Shown: positions 47,407 to 59,700 of the stretch, in pieces
How the letters are laid out: each line of letters opens with the position of its first letter
Position numbering within the stretch: the stretch's first letter is position 1
From: Macrostomum hystrix
Lineage: Eukaryota; Animalia; Platyhelminthes
Reading direction: 5' to 3'
Assembly: GCA_950097015.1 (NCBI GenBank)
Contig: CATNEN010000034.1
Span: forward strand, 6,572,001 to 6,636,000
Length of the DNA: 64,000 bases
The notes under the pieces: model-generated
Told to the model about the DNA's origin: nothing
Seen by the model: the letters and a program-made list of their open reading frames with translations, nothing else
The model's database searches: none
Translations under genes and position numbers: made by a program

Positions 47407-48184
47407 CTGTGCTGTCCGTGTACTTTGCATCCTTAAGAAATTTAGCATCGTGCCAGCCTATCTAGCTTCAATAAATAGCTAGTTGAACACAGAAAGGAAT
47501 TTTTTTGTTTCCTCATTTTGTCTATTTTTCGAACATTACTCGTAATATGGAATAATTAACTCGGCTACTGGCTAAAAAAGTAGTATTAAGGAGCTTCGCA
47601 AGAATTTTCTGGATTTGGATTTGAGAGAAGCAGTCAGTCAAGTTTTCTTAAAAAGAAACTTACTCATAAATTCGATTGGCCACAGCAAGGGTTATGCTGC
47701 TGCTACTTTTAAAAAAGCTCGTTGAGAAAGTGAATAAATTCCTACATTTTTGTGCCTGCCCATTATGGGTTACCGAACTTTGACTTCCACATGTAGTGAG
47801 TCGCTAGTTACTAGGCTTAGCATCTAGCTACCAATCCTGTATAGCTAGACATCGCCGCTGTGTGGTTTAGTCTAGTCTCCTTTATATATTTTGTTAATGA
47901 GTTAGAGTCATGGTCAGAATAGGAGAACTGTGGTCTTTTTTCCACGGTTTTTCCATGGAATTTTAGTATGCCCACGGCAGTTCCGCCAGCCTAAATCTTT
48001 CCAGCCAATGAAAGCGCCTAAATGGTCTCAACCAATGGTAGGGCTGGAAGGGGTCCAAAACGGCTATAAATACTTGACACTCAAGAGCCCAAAAAACTCA
48101 GCGCGCGCGCTCTGAGAACTCAGAACCACGAAGTCGAAGTCTTGAGTATGTACAAGCTCAAACTTTCCGAGGCGAAGCTATTTT

Positions 48185-48384
48185 TATTTGGGGCGCAGCC
48201 GGGGAGAGAAGGTTTGGGGGCAATTTACGCCAACCTCCAAGGCACAATGAAAGTGTACACTGCCTGACGATGAGAAAGTCAGGGCAAATGTACACACCTG
48301 AGCGTATCCCTGCGTACGGTATCTGTGTGCGTGTGTGCTCAGGAGTTAGCGAAATGGGGCAGAATTGCGGGTCTAGTGTCACCA
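48185..48384 (+). mobile_element. SINE family A, headless copy
   Basis: TTTGGGGCGCAG..GGAGAGAAGG, CCTGCGTACGGTATCTGTGTGCGTGTGTGCTCAG and GGCAGAATTGC..GCGGGTCTAGTGTCACCA match 5487-5702. Confidence 0.78.
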
Positions 48385-48726
48385 GATAGGCAGCGAGAGC
48401 TCTCTTGGATAAGAGGCTGATCTTGTTAGGGACCGATTAGGCATTGATCTGCGACTCCTCCGTTCAGCATCCTCCGTTTTCAGTGTGGAAATGGTCCACA
48501 ATGTCTCCGAAATGTCTCCGACGTCTAGAGTTTCAGGTGTTGATAAATTTCTAAACAGATTTAAGGCGAGACAAGTCTTACGTGACAATCGACCCTTCTG
48601 ACTTGGGTGGCAGTAACCCCTACCGTTTATTTATTTCAGGTGCTTTTTTCATATGTTTATTTCAGGTGTTATTTCAGGTGTTATACAGTATAGAAACATT
48701 CTTAATTATCGAATAAATTACTATAC

Positions 48727-49551
48727 AACAACAACAACAACAAAGAACTGCTCCCGCCAGCCACGCAGTGGCCAGAGAGGGGGAAAGCAGTCAGAGAGCG
48801 CGTTTCTGGGCCAACGATCTCAAAAAGTCACACCCGCTAGCTTGGTCCGGGGCGCCAGCATCACTCAGAAGTCGTTCAGGAAATCTCGCCGTTCGCCCTT
48901 GGCCTCGCCTGCGCGGTCCCTGCAGCTTGAGCAGCAGCACGTCGTGTAGTGGCTCAGGGCAGCGGGCCTCCGACCGGATGACGTGGCCAGCCAGTCGAAG
49001 TCGCCGCCCGCGCAGCAGGTCAGAAGGCCGCGTCAGGCGCGCCCTAGCGTAGAGCGCGGCAGTGGTCTCACTGCCTGGGCCGCTGCGCACCCCGAACGCC
49101 GCACGCAGCATGGCCGCACGCGCAGCGTCCAGCTGCCTCTCCAAAGCGTCCGTCAGGGTCCAGGTCTCGGCGTTATACAGCAAGACAGTCTCAACGACTG
49201 CCTGAAACAGCCGAGCCTTGAGCCCGTCGTCCAGGGCCTCAGATTGGAGTATGGGGCGCACTGAGCGGAGCGCGGCCCAGGCCAGTCCTCGTCGCCTCAC
49301 CAGGTCGTCGGCAACGTCTGGCACGAGGCCGCCGAGGTACAAGAACTGCTGGCAGCGGGTAAGCCTGATTGCTTCTCCAGCAGCGTCTCGATAGTTGATC
49401 TCGGCAGGCAGGTCAGAGGGCACCGTGAAGACGACCGTCTTCCGCGCGTTCAGCATGAGGCCGACCCGCGATGCTGCCGCCGTAAGGCCATCTAGCAGCC
49501 GCTGAGCGCCTTCTGCCGTCGATGACAAAAGCGCGAGGTCATCCGCGTTAC
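48727..49551 (-). mobile_element. 5'-truncated RTE-like LINE (RT C-terminal part)
   Basis: Begins at the RT motif (x)ADDLALL, followed by GLMLNARKT, FLYLGG, ETVLLYNAETWTLT and LRLAGHVIR. It has a (TTG)n tail and a perfect 13-bp TSD TAAATTACTATAC at 48714-48726 and 49552-49564. Confidence 0.92.
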
Positions 49552-50424
49552 TAAATTACTATACTTTTCAACAGAGCAAAGAAATATTTTCTCTTTCTGT
49601 GGCAGACAGACACGCAGGCTTCAGGAAAAATTTAGAGACTTAATTCAACTTTTTTATCGAAAAAAGGCGGGAAATTTGTTGCACAAAATGGAAGTTATTT
49701 CTGTTTTTCTGCAAGTCAAGCAGTGCATCACAATTGTCTCTCTGTCCCAGTGTAAATTTCAGCGTTGCTTCGCCTCAGGTTCTACTCCAGGCTATATTTT
49801 GGGCTCCATGGTACATCCTTGATTTATCAGACTAAAGGGATAGAACAGTATTGCGAGAGGCAAAATTCCTAACCATTGACTCTTTTTTCAAACGGATTCC
49901 AAGTTTTTTTTCAACAAAAATGATTCAGTATGACTTAGCCCGTGAAAGAGGTGGGAAACAAAATAACTTCCTTATGTATTGACAGTTTAAAAAAGCAATA
50001 CCAAAAAGCTAATAACACACGGCTTCTTTGTGCATCAAAGCAAATGGTGTGGAATGTATTTTTTTTAATAAGAGACTTCACATGTATGCCAATAACGCCA
50101 TCTTTGTCATATGGATAGGAAAGGATGTTTGGTTAAAAAATAAAGTCGGAAAAAACTACGGCATCTCCGCAGCGACTGTCCACTGAAAACACAGTTTTCA
50201 TTCCACATTAGCCCCTGTGCCTCTGTTGCTATAAATAGCGGAAATAATTGGATTGATATCACACCAGCATCGAATGCTGTTCGACCTTGAGTTGCTAAAA
50301 ATAGCATCACAGCTCTGGGACATCACAGCTCTCGGATCTCTCTATCTATCTTTCCTGTGCTTACATATTTTCTCTCGTCATTGATTCTCTTTATAATATT
50401 TTGCTCCCCTGATAGAAGAAAACC

Positions 50425-53400
50425 TCTCCCCATCTCACCTCTCACCATCTCACCTCTACCCATCTCACCTCTCCCCATCTCTCCTCTCCCCATCTCTCCT
50501 CTCCCTATCTCTCCTCTCCCCATCTCTCCTCTCCATATCTCTCTTCTCCCCATCTCTCCTCTCACCATCTCACCTCTACCCATCTCACCTCTCACCATCT
50601 CTCCTCTCCCCATCTCACCTCTCACCATCTCACCTCTCACCATCTCACCTCTCACCATCTCTCCTCTCCCCATCTCTCCTCTCCCCATCTCACCTCTACC
50701 CATCTCACCTCTCACCATCTCTCCTCTCCCCATCTCTCCTCTCACCATCTCACCTCTACCCATCTCACCTCTCACCATCTCTCCTCTCCCCATCTCACCT
50801 CTCACCATCTCACCTCTACCCATCTCACCTCTCACCATCTCTCCTCTCCCCATCTCAGCTCTCACCATCTCACCTCTACCCATCTCACCTCTCACCATCT
50901 CTCCTCTCACCATCTCACCTCTACCCATCTCACCTCTCACCATCTCTCCTCTCCCCATCTCACCTCTCACCATCTCACCTCTACCCATCTCACCTCTCAC
51001 CATCTCTCCTCTCCCCATCTCACCTCTCACCATCTCACCTCTACCCATCTCACCTCTCACCATCTCTCCTCTCCCCATCTCTCCTCTCCCTATCTCTCCT
51101 CTCCCAATCTCTCCTCTCCATATCTCTCTTCTCCCCATCTCTCCTCTCCCTATCTCTCCTCTCCCCATCTCACCTCTCCCCATCTCTCCTCTCCCCATCT
51201 TACCTCTCCCCATCTCTCCTCTCCCCATCTCTCCTCTCCCCATCTCATCTCTACCCATCACACCTCTCCCCATCTCTCCTCTCCCCATCTCTCCTCTCCC
51301 CATCTCATCTCTACCCATCTCACCTCTCCCCATCTCTCCTCTCCCCATCTCACCTCTCACCATCTCACCTCTACCCATCTCACCTCTCCCCATCTCTCCT
51401 CTCCCCATCTCTCCTCTCACCATCTCACCTCTACCCATCTCACCTCTCACCATCTCTCCTCTCCCCATCTCACCTCTCACCATCTCACCTCTACCCATCT
51501 CACCTCTCACCATCTCTCCTCTCCCCATCTCTCCTCTCACCATCTCACCTCTACCCATCTCACCTCTCACCATCTCTCCTCTCCCCATCTCACCTCTCAC
51601 CATCTCACCTCTACCCATCTCACCTCTCACCATCTCTCCTCTCCCCATCTCTCCTCTCCCTATCTCTCCTCTCCCCATCTCTCCTCTCCATATCTCTCTT
51701 CTCCCCATCTCTCCTCTCCCTATCTCTCCTCTCCCCATCTCACCTCTCCCCATCTCTCCTCTCCCCATCTTACCTCTCCCCATCTCTCCTCTCCCCATCT
51801 CTCCTCTCCCCATCTCATCTCTACCCATCTTACCTCTCCCCATCTCTCCTCTCCCCATCTCTCCTCTCCCCATCTCATCTCTACCCATCTCACCTCTCCC
51901 CATCTCTCCTCTCCCCATCTCACCTCTCCCCATCTCTCATCTCCCCATCTCATCTCTCTCCCCATCTCTCATCTCCCCATCTCACCTCTCCCCATCTCAT
52001 CTCACTCCCCATCTCTCCTCTCCCCATCTCTCCTCTCCCCATCTCACCTCTCACCATCTCACCTCTACCCATCTCACCTCTCCCCATCTCTCCTCTCCCC
52101 ATCTCTCCTCTCCCTATCTCTCCTCTCCCCATCTCTCCTCTCCATATCTCTCTTCTCCCCATCTCTCCTCTCACCATCTCACCTCTACCCATCTCACCTC
52201 TCACCATCTCTCCTCTCCCCATCTCACCTCTCACCATCTCACCTCTCACCATCTCACCTCTCACCATCTCTCCTCTCCCCATCTCTCCTCTCCCCATCTC
52301 ACCTCTACCCATCTCACCTCTCACCATCTCTCCTCTCCCCATCTCTCCTCTCACCATCTCACCTCTACCCATCTCACCTCTCACCATCTCTCCTCTCCCC
52401 ATCTCACCTCTCACCATCTCACCTCTACCCATCTCACCTCTCACCATCTCTCCTCTCCCCATCTCAGCTCTCACCATCTCACCTCTACCCATCTCACCTC
52501 TCACCATCTCTCCTCTCACCATCTCACCTCTACCCATCTCACCTCTCACCATCTCTCCTCTCCCCATCTCACCTCTCACCATCTCACCTCTACCCATCTC
52601 ACCTCTCACCATCTCTCCTCTCCCCATCTCACCTCTCACCATCTCACCTCTACCCATCTCACCTCTCACCATCTCTCCTCTCCCCATCTCTCCTCTCCCT
52701 ATCTCTCCTCTCCCAATCTCTCCTCTCCATATCTCTCTTCTCCCCATCTCTCCTCTCCCTATCTCTCCTCTCCCCATCTCACCTCTCCCCATCTCTCCTC
52801 TCCCCATCTTACCTCTCCCCATCTCTCCTCTCCCCATCTCTCCTCTCCCCATCTCATCTCTACCCATCTCACCTCTCCCCATCTCTCCTCTCCCCATCTC
52901 TCCTCTCCCCATCTCATCTCTACCCATCTCACCTCTCCCCATCTCTCCTCTCCCCATCTCACCTCTCACCATCTCACCTCTACCCATCTCACCTCTCCCC
53001 ATCTCTCCTCTCCCCATCTCTCCTCTCACCATCTCACCTCTACCCATCTCACCTCTCACCATCTCTCCTCTCCCCATCTCACCTCTCACCATCTCACCTC
53101 TACCCATCTCACCTCTCACCATCTCTCCTCTCCCCATCTCTCCTCTCACCATCTCACCTCTACCCATCTCACCTCTCACCATCTCTCCTCTCCCCATCTC
53201 ACCTCTCACCATCTCACCTCTACCCATCTCACCTCTCACCATCTCTCCTCTCCCCATCTCTCCTCTCCCTATCTCTCCTCTCCCCATCTCTCCTCTCCAT
53301 ATCTCTCTTCTCCCCATCTCTCCTCTCCCTATCTCTCCTCTCCCCATCTCACCTCTCCCCATCTCTCCTCTCCCCATCTTACCTCTCCCCATCTCTCCTC

Positions 53401-55800
53401 TCCCCATCTCTCCTCTCCCCATCTCATCTCTACCCATCTTACCTCTCCCCATCTCTCCTCTCCCCATCTCTCCTCTCCCCATCTCATCTCTACCCATCTC
53501 ACCTCTCCCCATCTCTCCTCTCCCCATCTCACCTCTCCCCATCTCTCATCTCCCCATCTCATCTCTCTCCCCATCTCTCATCTCCCCATCTCACCTCTCC
53601 CCATCTCATCTCACTCCCCATCTCTCCTCTCCCCATCTCTCCTCTCCCCATCTCACCTCTCACCATCTCACCTCTACCCATCTCACCTCTCACCATCTCT
53701 CCTCTCCCCATCTCTCCTCTCCCTATCTCTCCTCTCCCCATCTCTCCTCTCCATATCTCTCTTCTCCCCATCTCTCCTCTCCCTATCTCTCCTCTCCCCA
53801 TCTCACCTCTCCCCATCTCTCCTCTCCCCATCTTACCTCTCCCCATCTCTCCTCTCCCCATCTCTCCTCTCCCCATCTCATCTCTACCCATCTTACCTCT
53901 CCCCATCTCTCCTCTCCCCATCTCTCCTCTCCCCATCTCATCTCTACCCATCTCACCTCTCCCCATCTCATCTCTCCCCATCTCACCTCTCCCCATCTCT
54001 CATCTCCCCATCTCATCTCTCTCCCCATCTCTCATCTCCCCATCTCACCTCTCCCCATCTCATCTCTCCCCATCTCACCTCTCCCCATCTCTCATCTCCC
54101 CATCTCATCTCTCTCCCCATCTCTCATCTCCCCATCTCACCTCTCCCCATCTCATCTCACTCCCCATCTCTCCTCTCCCCATCTCTCCTCTCCCCATCTC
54201 ACCTCTCACCATCTCACCTCTACCCATCTCACCTCTCCCCATCTCTCCTCTCCCCATCTCTCCTCTCACCATCTCACCTCTACCCATCTCACCTCTCCCC
54301 ATCTCTCATCTCCCCATCTCATCTCTCTCCCCATCTCTCATCTCCCCATCTCACCTCTCCCCATCTCTCCTCTCCCCATCTCTCCTCTCCCCATCTCATC
54401 TCTACCCATCTTACCTCTCCCCATCTCTCCTCTCCCCATCTCTCCTCTCCCCATCTCATCTCTACCCATCTCACCTCTCCCCATCTCTCCTCTCCCCATC
54501 TCACCTCTCCCCATCTCTCATCTCCCCATCTCATCTCTCTCCCCATCTCTCATCTCCCCATCTCACCTCTCCCCATCTCATCTCACTCCCCATCTCTCCT
54601 CTCCCCATCTCTCCTCTCCCCATCTCACCTCTCACCATCTCACCTCTACCCATCTCACCTCTCCCCATCTCTCCTCTCCCCATCTCTCCTCTCCCTATCT
54701 CTCCTCTCCCCATCTCACCTCTCCCCATCTCTCCTCTCCCCATCTTACCTCTCCCCATCTCTCCTCTCCCCATCTCTCCTCTCCCCATCTCATCTCTACC
54801 CATCTTACCTCTCCCCATCTCTCCTCTCCCCATCTCTCCTCTCCCCATCTCATCTCTACCCATCTCACCTCTCCCCATCTCTCCTCTCCCCATCTCACCT
54901 CTCACCATCTCACCTCTACCCATCTCACCTCTCCCCATCTCTCCTCTCCCCATCTCTCCTCTCACCATCTCACCTCTACCCATCTCACCTCTCACCATCT
55001 CTCCTCTCCCCATCTCACCTCTCACCATCTCACCTCTACCCATCTCACCTCTCACCATCTCTCCTCTCCCCATCTCTCCTCTCACCATCTCACCTCTACC
55101 CATCTCACCTCTCACCATCTCTCCTCTCCCCATCTCACCTCTCACCATTTCACCTCTACCCATCTCACCTCTCACCATCTCTCCTCTCCCCATCTCACCT
55201 CTCACCATCTCACCTCTACCCATCTCACCTCTCACCATCTCTCCTCTCCCCATCTCACCTCTCACCATCTCACCTCTACCCATCTCACCTCTCACCATCT
55301 CTCCTCTCCCCATCTCTCCTCTCCCTATCTCTCCTCTCCCCATCTCTCCTCTCCATATCTCTCTTCTCCCCATCTCTCCTCTCCCTATCTCTCCTCTCCC
55401 CATCTCACCTCTCCCTATCTCTCATCTCCCCATCTCACCTCTCCCCATCTCATCTCTACCCATCTCACCTCTCCCCATCTCTCCTACCATCTCTCCTCTC
55501 CCCATCTCATCTCTACCCATCTCACCTCTCCCCATCTCTCATCTCCCCATCTCACCTCTCCCTATCTCTCATCTCCCCATCTCACCTCTCCCCATTTCTC
55601 ATCTCCCCATCTCATCTCTCTCCCCATCTCTCATCTCCCCATCTCACCTCTCCCCATCTCTCATCTCCCCATCTCATCTCTCTCCCCATCTCTCAACTCC
55701 CCATCTCAACTCTCCCCATCTCTCATCTCCCCATCTCATCTCTCTCCCCATCTCTCATCTCCCCATCTCACCTCTCCCCATCTCTCATCTCCCCATGTCT
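50425..55800. repeat. 5.4-kb 15-bp CCATCTCWCCTCTCC satellite with higher-order structure
   Basis: Direct reading; diagnostic variants recur at a 1609-bp offset. Confidence 0.97.
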
Positions 55801-56777
55801 CCCTGCTCCCCTCCTGTTCTCTCGACTCAGTGTAGTTAAGCGCAACCCACACAATGCCGACAAGATAGCGTGCAGATTCACTTTTTGTTGCTAGAGCTAA
55901 CAGCCAGAGCTAACAGCTCAACCTTCTTGAAGAAGCAGGCATGTTGCCTGTGCGGCTCCTTGGCAACTTGACAAAGCCAGCCAGCGAATTCGGAATGCGG
56001 ATCGATTGAAACTGTCTCAGAGTTCTAGGTAGACAAATGACAGGCATGTCGCACGCAAACAAGTGAAAAGATATATCAAAGAGAGTTTATCCATGGCGGC
56101 ATTCTTTAAGATTAAATGTATAGATTCATCTGTCAATTAAAGCGAATTAAGAAACACATAAATCTTGATTAAGCAGGGGTAAAAAAGATAATAATAACTT
56201 TTTTAAGTTCAGTACAGACCAGCTTAGAAATTAGAAGCGAAATAAAGAAAATAAAAGAAATATACATAAAAGTTATAGCAGAAGTGTTCACAAACTTCAC
56301 GATGGTCTACGAGTATTTGCATCTTTAAAATAACTTGATTTACGCTCGTATCTGAAAATCAGAAAAATGTTGAATGAGTATAAGTTAAAAGCATAATATA
56401 TAATATAAGCGTCAAGATATTGAACGCCGGACAACAAGAAACAACAGATTGTTAAAAGTCGAATCACGAAAAATAAGAGCTGACGAGCGCACGAGCTAGA
56501 ACGCAAGAAAAAGTATGTTTATAATCACACTCGGGTACTGATTTTCAATCGCCAACTTAAAAGAAGCAGCCAATCAGAGATCGCCAAGAAGCTAGACAGA
56601 ATTTTTGCCATCTCATTGAACAGATCAACAGCCAATCAGAAATCGCTTAGAGGTTAGACAGAATTTCTACCCCTTCTAACGGCTGGACAAATCACGCCAC
56701 TTAAGATTAAGCCAAGTAAACAGTTTCAATGTTAATGTAGGCGTTTCTTGATTTTCCTCAATAGGTCGTCAATTGAT

Positions 56778-59700
56778 TCAGCAACGATTTTGCGCGGTGG
56801 TGACCCGCTTCTTGCGCCGCAGAGCCTCCCTCAGTCCGTAGATCTCATTAACTACAGGAACGACAATGATAAAAACAGCGGCGCTCAGGGCCCAAACATC
56901 GGTTATAGCAATCCAGGCTGTGAAGGCACCCAGATCCATCTTCTTCAGCGACACCATGCTGGCTGGCCAGATGAGTACCAGCAGGGCTGTTAGGCCAATG
57001 GCGCCAATGTTCGCCGTCAGCTTGGCGCCACGGAAGGCCTCTGCGGTGGCCTCAAGCGACGGCCTGTTGTCTAGACAGTGCGCTCCGATGAGGTTCATCT
57101 CCCTTGAGGGAGCAATTTTCAACTGAGTTACAATAATATGGCGCTGAAGTTCCCTTCTGAATCTAGGGGGCTCAGCTTACTAGTCTACTATACTAATTTA
57201 AGCTCAATTATAGCCTAAAGAAAGTTTGGCTCTAGTACAGTTTAGTACAGTTTTTTTATCGCTCAAGCGTAAATGCTAAAAGGCGTGAGTAAACAATATT
57301 CGGCAAGTCGTTGCTATTTTTAAAAGGAGGTTTCGCGGCTAATTATGCTCGATAGATCCCATCTGATTAGCGGAGATCAGGTTTGACTGCCGACTATGAA
57401 AATCACATGAACTGGCTGCTAGGCTGTCTATGCTCATACACTGTGAGTAGATCAGATTGCTTGTCAGAGCTCGCGGCCCAAATTAGGTCTATACTCAGCC
57501 TTAGTACAGGCGGGGATTAACTCCCTGAGTCTCAGCTCACTTGGCATAGAGCTCCGCCCACGGCAGCAGCGGGTTGTCGATGTCTCTCGTCACCTCCCAG
57601 ACCTCCGCTTCAGCTTCGGCGTCCATGTGGCGATTGGTTGTCAGGGTAACGGCGACGGTGACAATCAGTCCAATAAAGATGGACACCAGGTTGCCAACCA
57701 GCATGGTCTCATTGGATCCGGCACTGTCAGAGAATCTAGCTTCGCCCTTCAGAGCTGGCACAGCGGCCGCGGTCAGCCAGGACAGAAGGCCGGCCAGAGA
57801 GCCGCCAACTGCCCCTGAAATCATCGCCGGTCCAGTCAGGCGAGACCAGAACATGCACAGGCAGATGGGGGCTACGGCCGACCCGATTAGAATGCCCATG
57901 AATAGGTACAGCCAGCCCAGCGACACCTGGATGGCAGAGTTTGTAGTAGCTGAGCACGTTTGACAAAAATGTTCCGTAATAAGATTAGCACGCTTGAGCA
58001 GGGCCGGGAGTTCGCTCTCGGCTTGTTTGCTTCACGCCCTGGTAACACGACATAATTCAGTAATTCGGAACAGAGGACGCGAAGGAAAATCCTATAACGC
58101 ATCGCAACACATATCCTTCAACTCACAACTCGTCTCACAACTCATGTAACAATTCAACTGACAACTCATCACACAACTCATCACACAACTCATCAAACAA
58201 CTCATCACACAACTCATCACACAACTCATCACACAACTCATCACAGAACTCATCACACAACTCATCACACAACTCATCACACAACTCATCACACAACTCA
58301 TCACACAACTCATCACACAAAAATCGCTCTAAGTTATCCCAGAGTTGATGCTAAACTTTCTATTTTACTATAGTGCCATTTAAGTGTCTCATATAAAGCC
58401 ATGGCCTGGGATATCAAAGATAGAAAACACTTTTTGCATCTTAAGGTCGTCGCTACGCCACTTTGCCTCAGGGAAAACACTTAGGCTAGTAGAAGAGACA
58501 AAGGAAAAATGTCAAATCTAGCTGCACAGGCAGCAAGATTTGCACTCGATAAAAAATAAGCTAATAAAGGTCAGTTTGCCTAAGAATGGCACTCAGCTAC
58601 TAATTCGCATCTTTCCTATCTTGAGCCAGGTGCACTTCAGACAAACATTGTCAGTTTGTTTGTCTTCTTCAGTCGAGTAAGAGTGATGAGAACTATCGCT
58701 ATTCGTGAGCTAATCCACTCTTCAATGATTCAAGGAGGCGGACAAGCCTGCGCTCCAGTCATTCATTTTTTAGAGCTCGATTATTGCAAACTTGTGCGTA
58801 CTTGAGGCTTGTAGGTACAAATAATCTTAGGACTCCTAGGACTCCTTGAAATACAGCTCTTACTGAGCCTGAGCTCTGTCAGTCACGTGACTCTTCCCGA
58901 GCCTGAGCTCTAGCAGTCACGTGACTCTTCCTGAGCCTGAGCTCTGTCAGTCACGTGACTCTTCCCGAGCCTGAGCTCTAGCAGTCACGTGACTCTTCCC
59001 GAGCCTGAGCTCTAGCATTCACGTGACTCTTCCCGAGCCTGAGCTCTAGCAGTCACGTGACTCTTCCCGAGCCTGAGCTCTAGCATTCACGTGACTCTTC
59101 CCGAGCCTGAGCTCTAGCAGTCACGTGACTCTTCCCGAGCCTGAGCTCTAGCAGTCACGTGACTCTTCCTGAGCCTGAGCTCTAGCAGTCACGTGACTCT
59201 TCCTGAGCCTGAGCTCTAGTAGTCACGTGACTCTTCATGAGCCTGAGCTCTAGCAGTCACGTGACTCTTCCCGAGCCTGAGCTCTAGCAGTCACGTGACT
59301 CTTCCTGAGCCTGAGCTCTAGCAGTCACGTGACTCTTCCTGAGCCTGAACTCTGTCAGTCACGTGACTCTTACCGAGCCTGAGCTCTAGCAGTCACGTGA
59401 CTCTTCCTGAGCCTGAGCTCTAGTAGTCACGTGACTCTTCCTGAGCCTGATCTCTAGTAGTCACGTGACTGCACCTGAAAGAACTCTAAATTTGAAAATG
59501 ACATCTCACCTGCATAAAGTTGAGTACTAGAGTGAGCGGAATGATAGCCAATGTGACATAGACTATCCACCAGTCCTTCAGCTCGTTCAAGAACTCCTTG
59601 TAGTGCCTGTAGGGACCGTGTATTCGACACGCGAAGCCTGGCTTTACAGCTCTTTTAGATTCGGCGCGAAGTCTGGATGGCGGGTTTGCAGATATTACAG

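Noticed and set aside
48262-48300. Hammerhead ribozyme (CTGACGA followed by GAAA)
   Set aside because: Only 3 nt separate the motifs, so there is no stem II. CTGAC pairs with downstream GTCAG instead.
50323-55894. 1845-aa and 530-536-aa ORFs
   Set aside because: These are translations of a 15-bp satellite that lacks stop codons. There is no splice or homology context.
56560-56650. Paired GCCAATCAG boxes (related motif at 12630-12645)
   Set aside because: They lie downstream of the DUR3 stop with no adjacent gene start, and are too short to call a promoter or repeat family.
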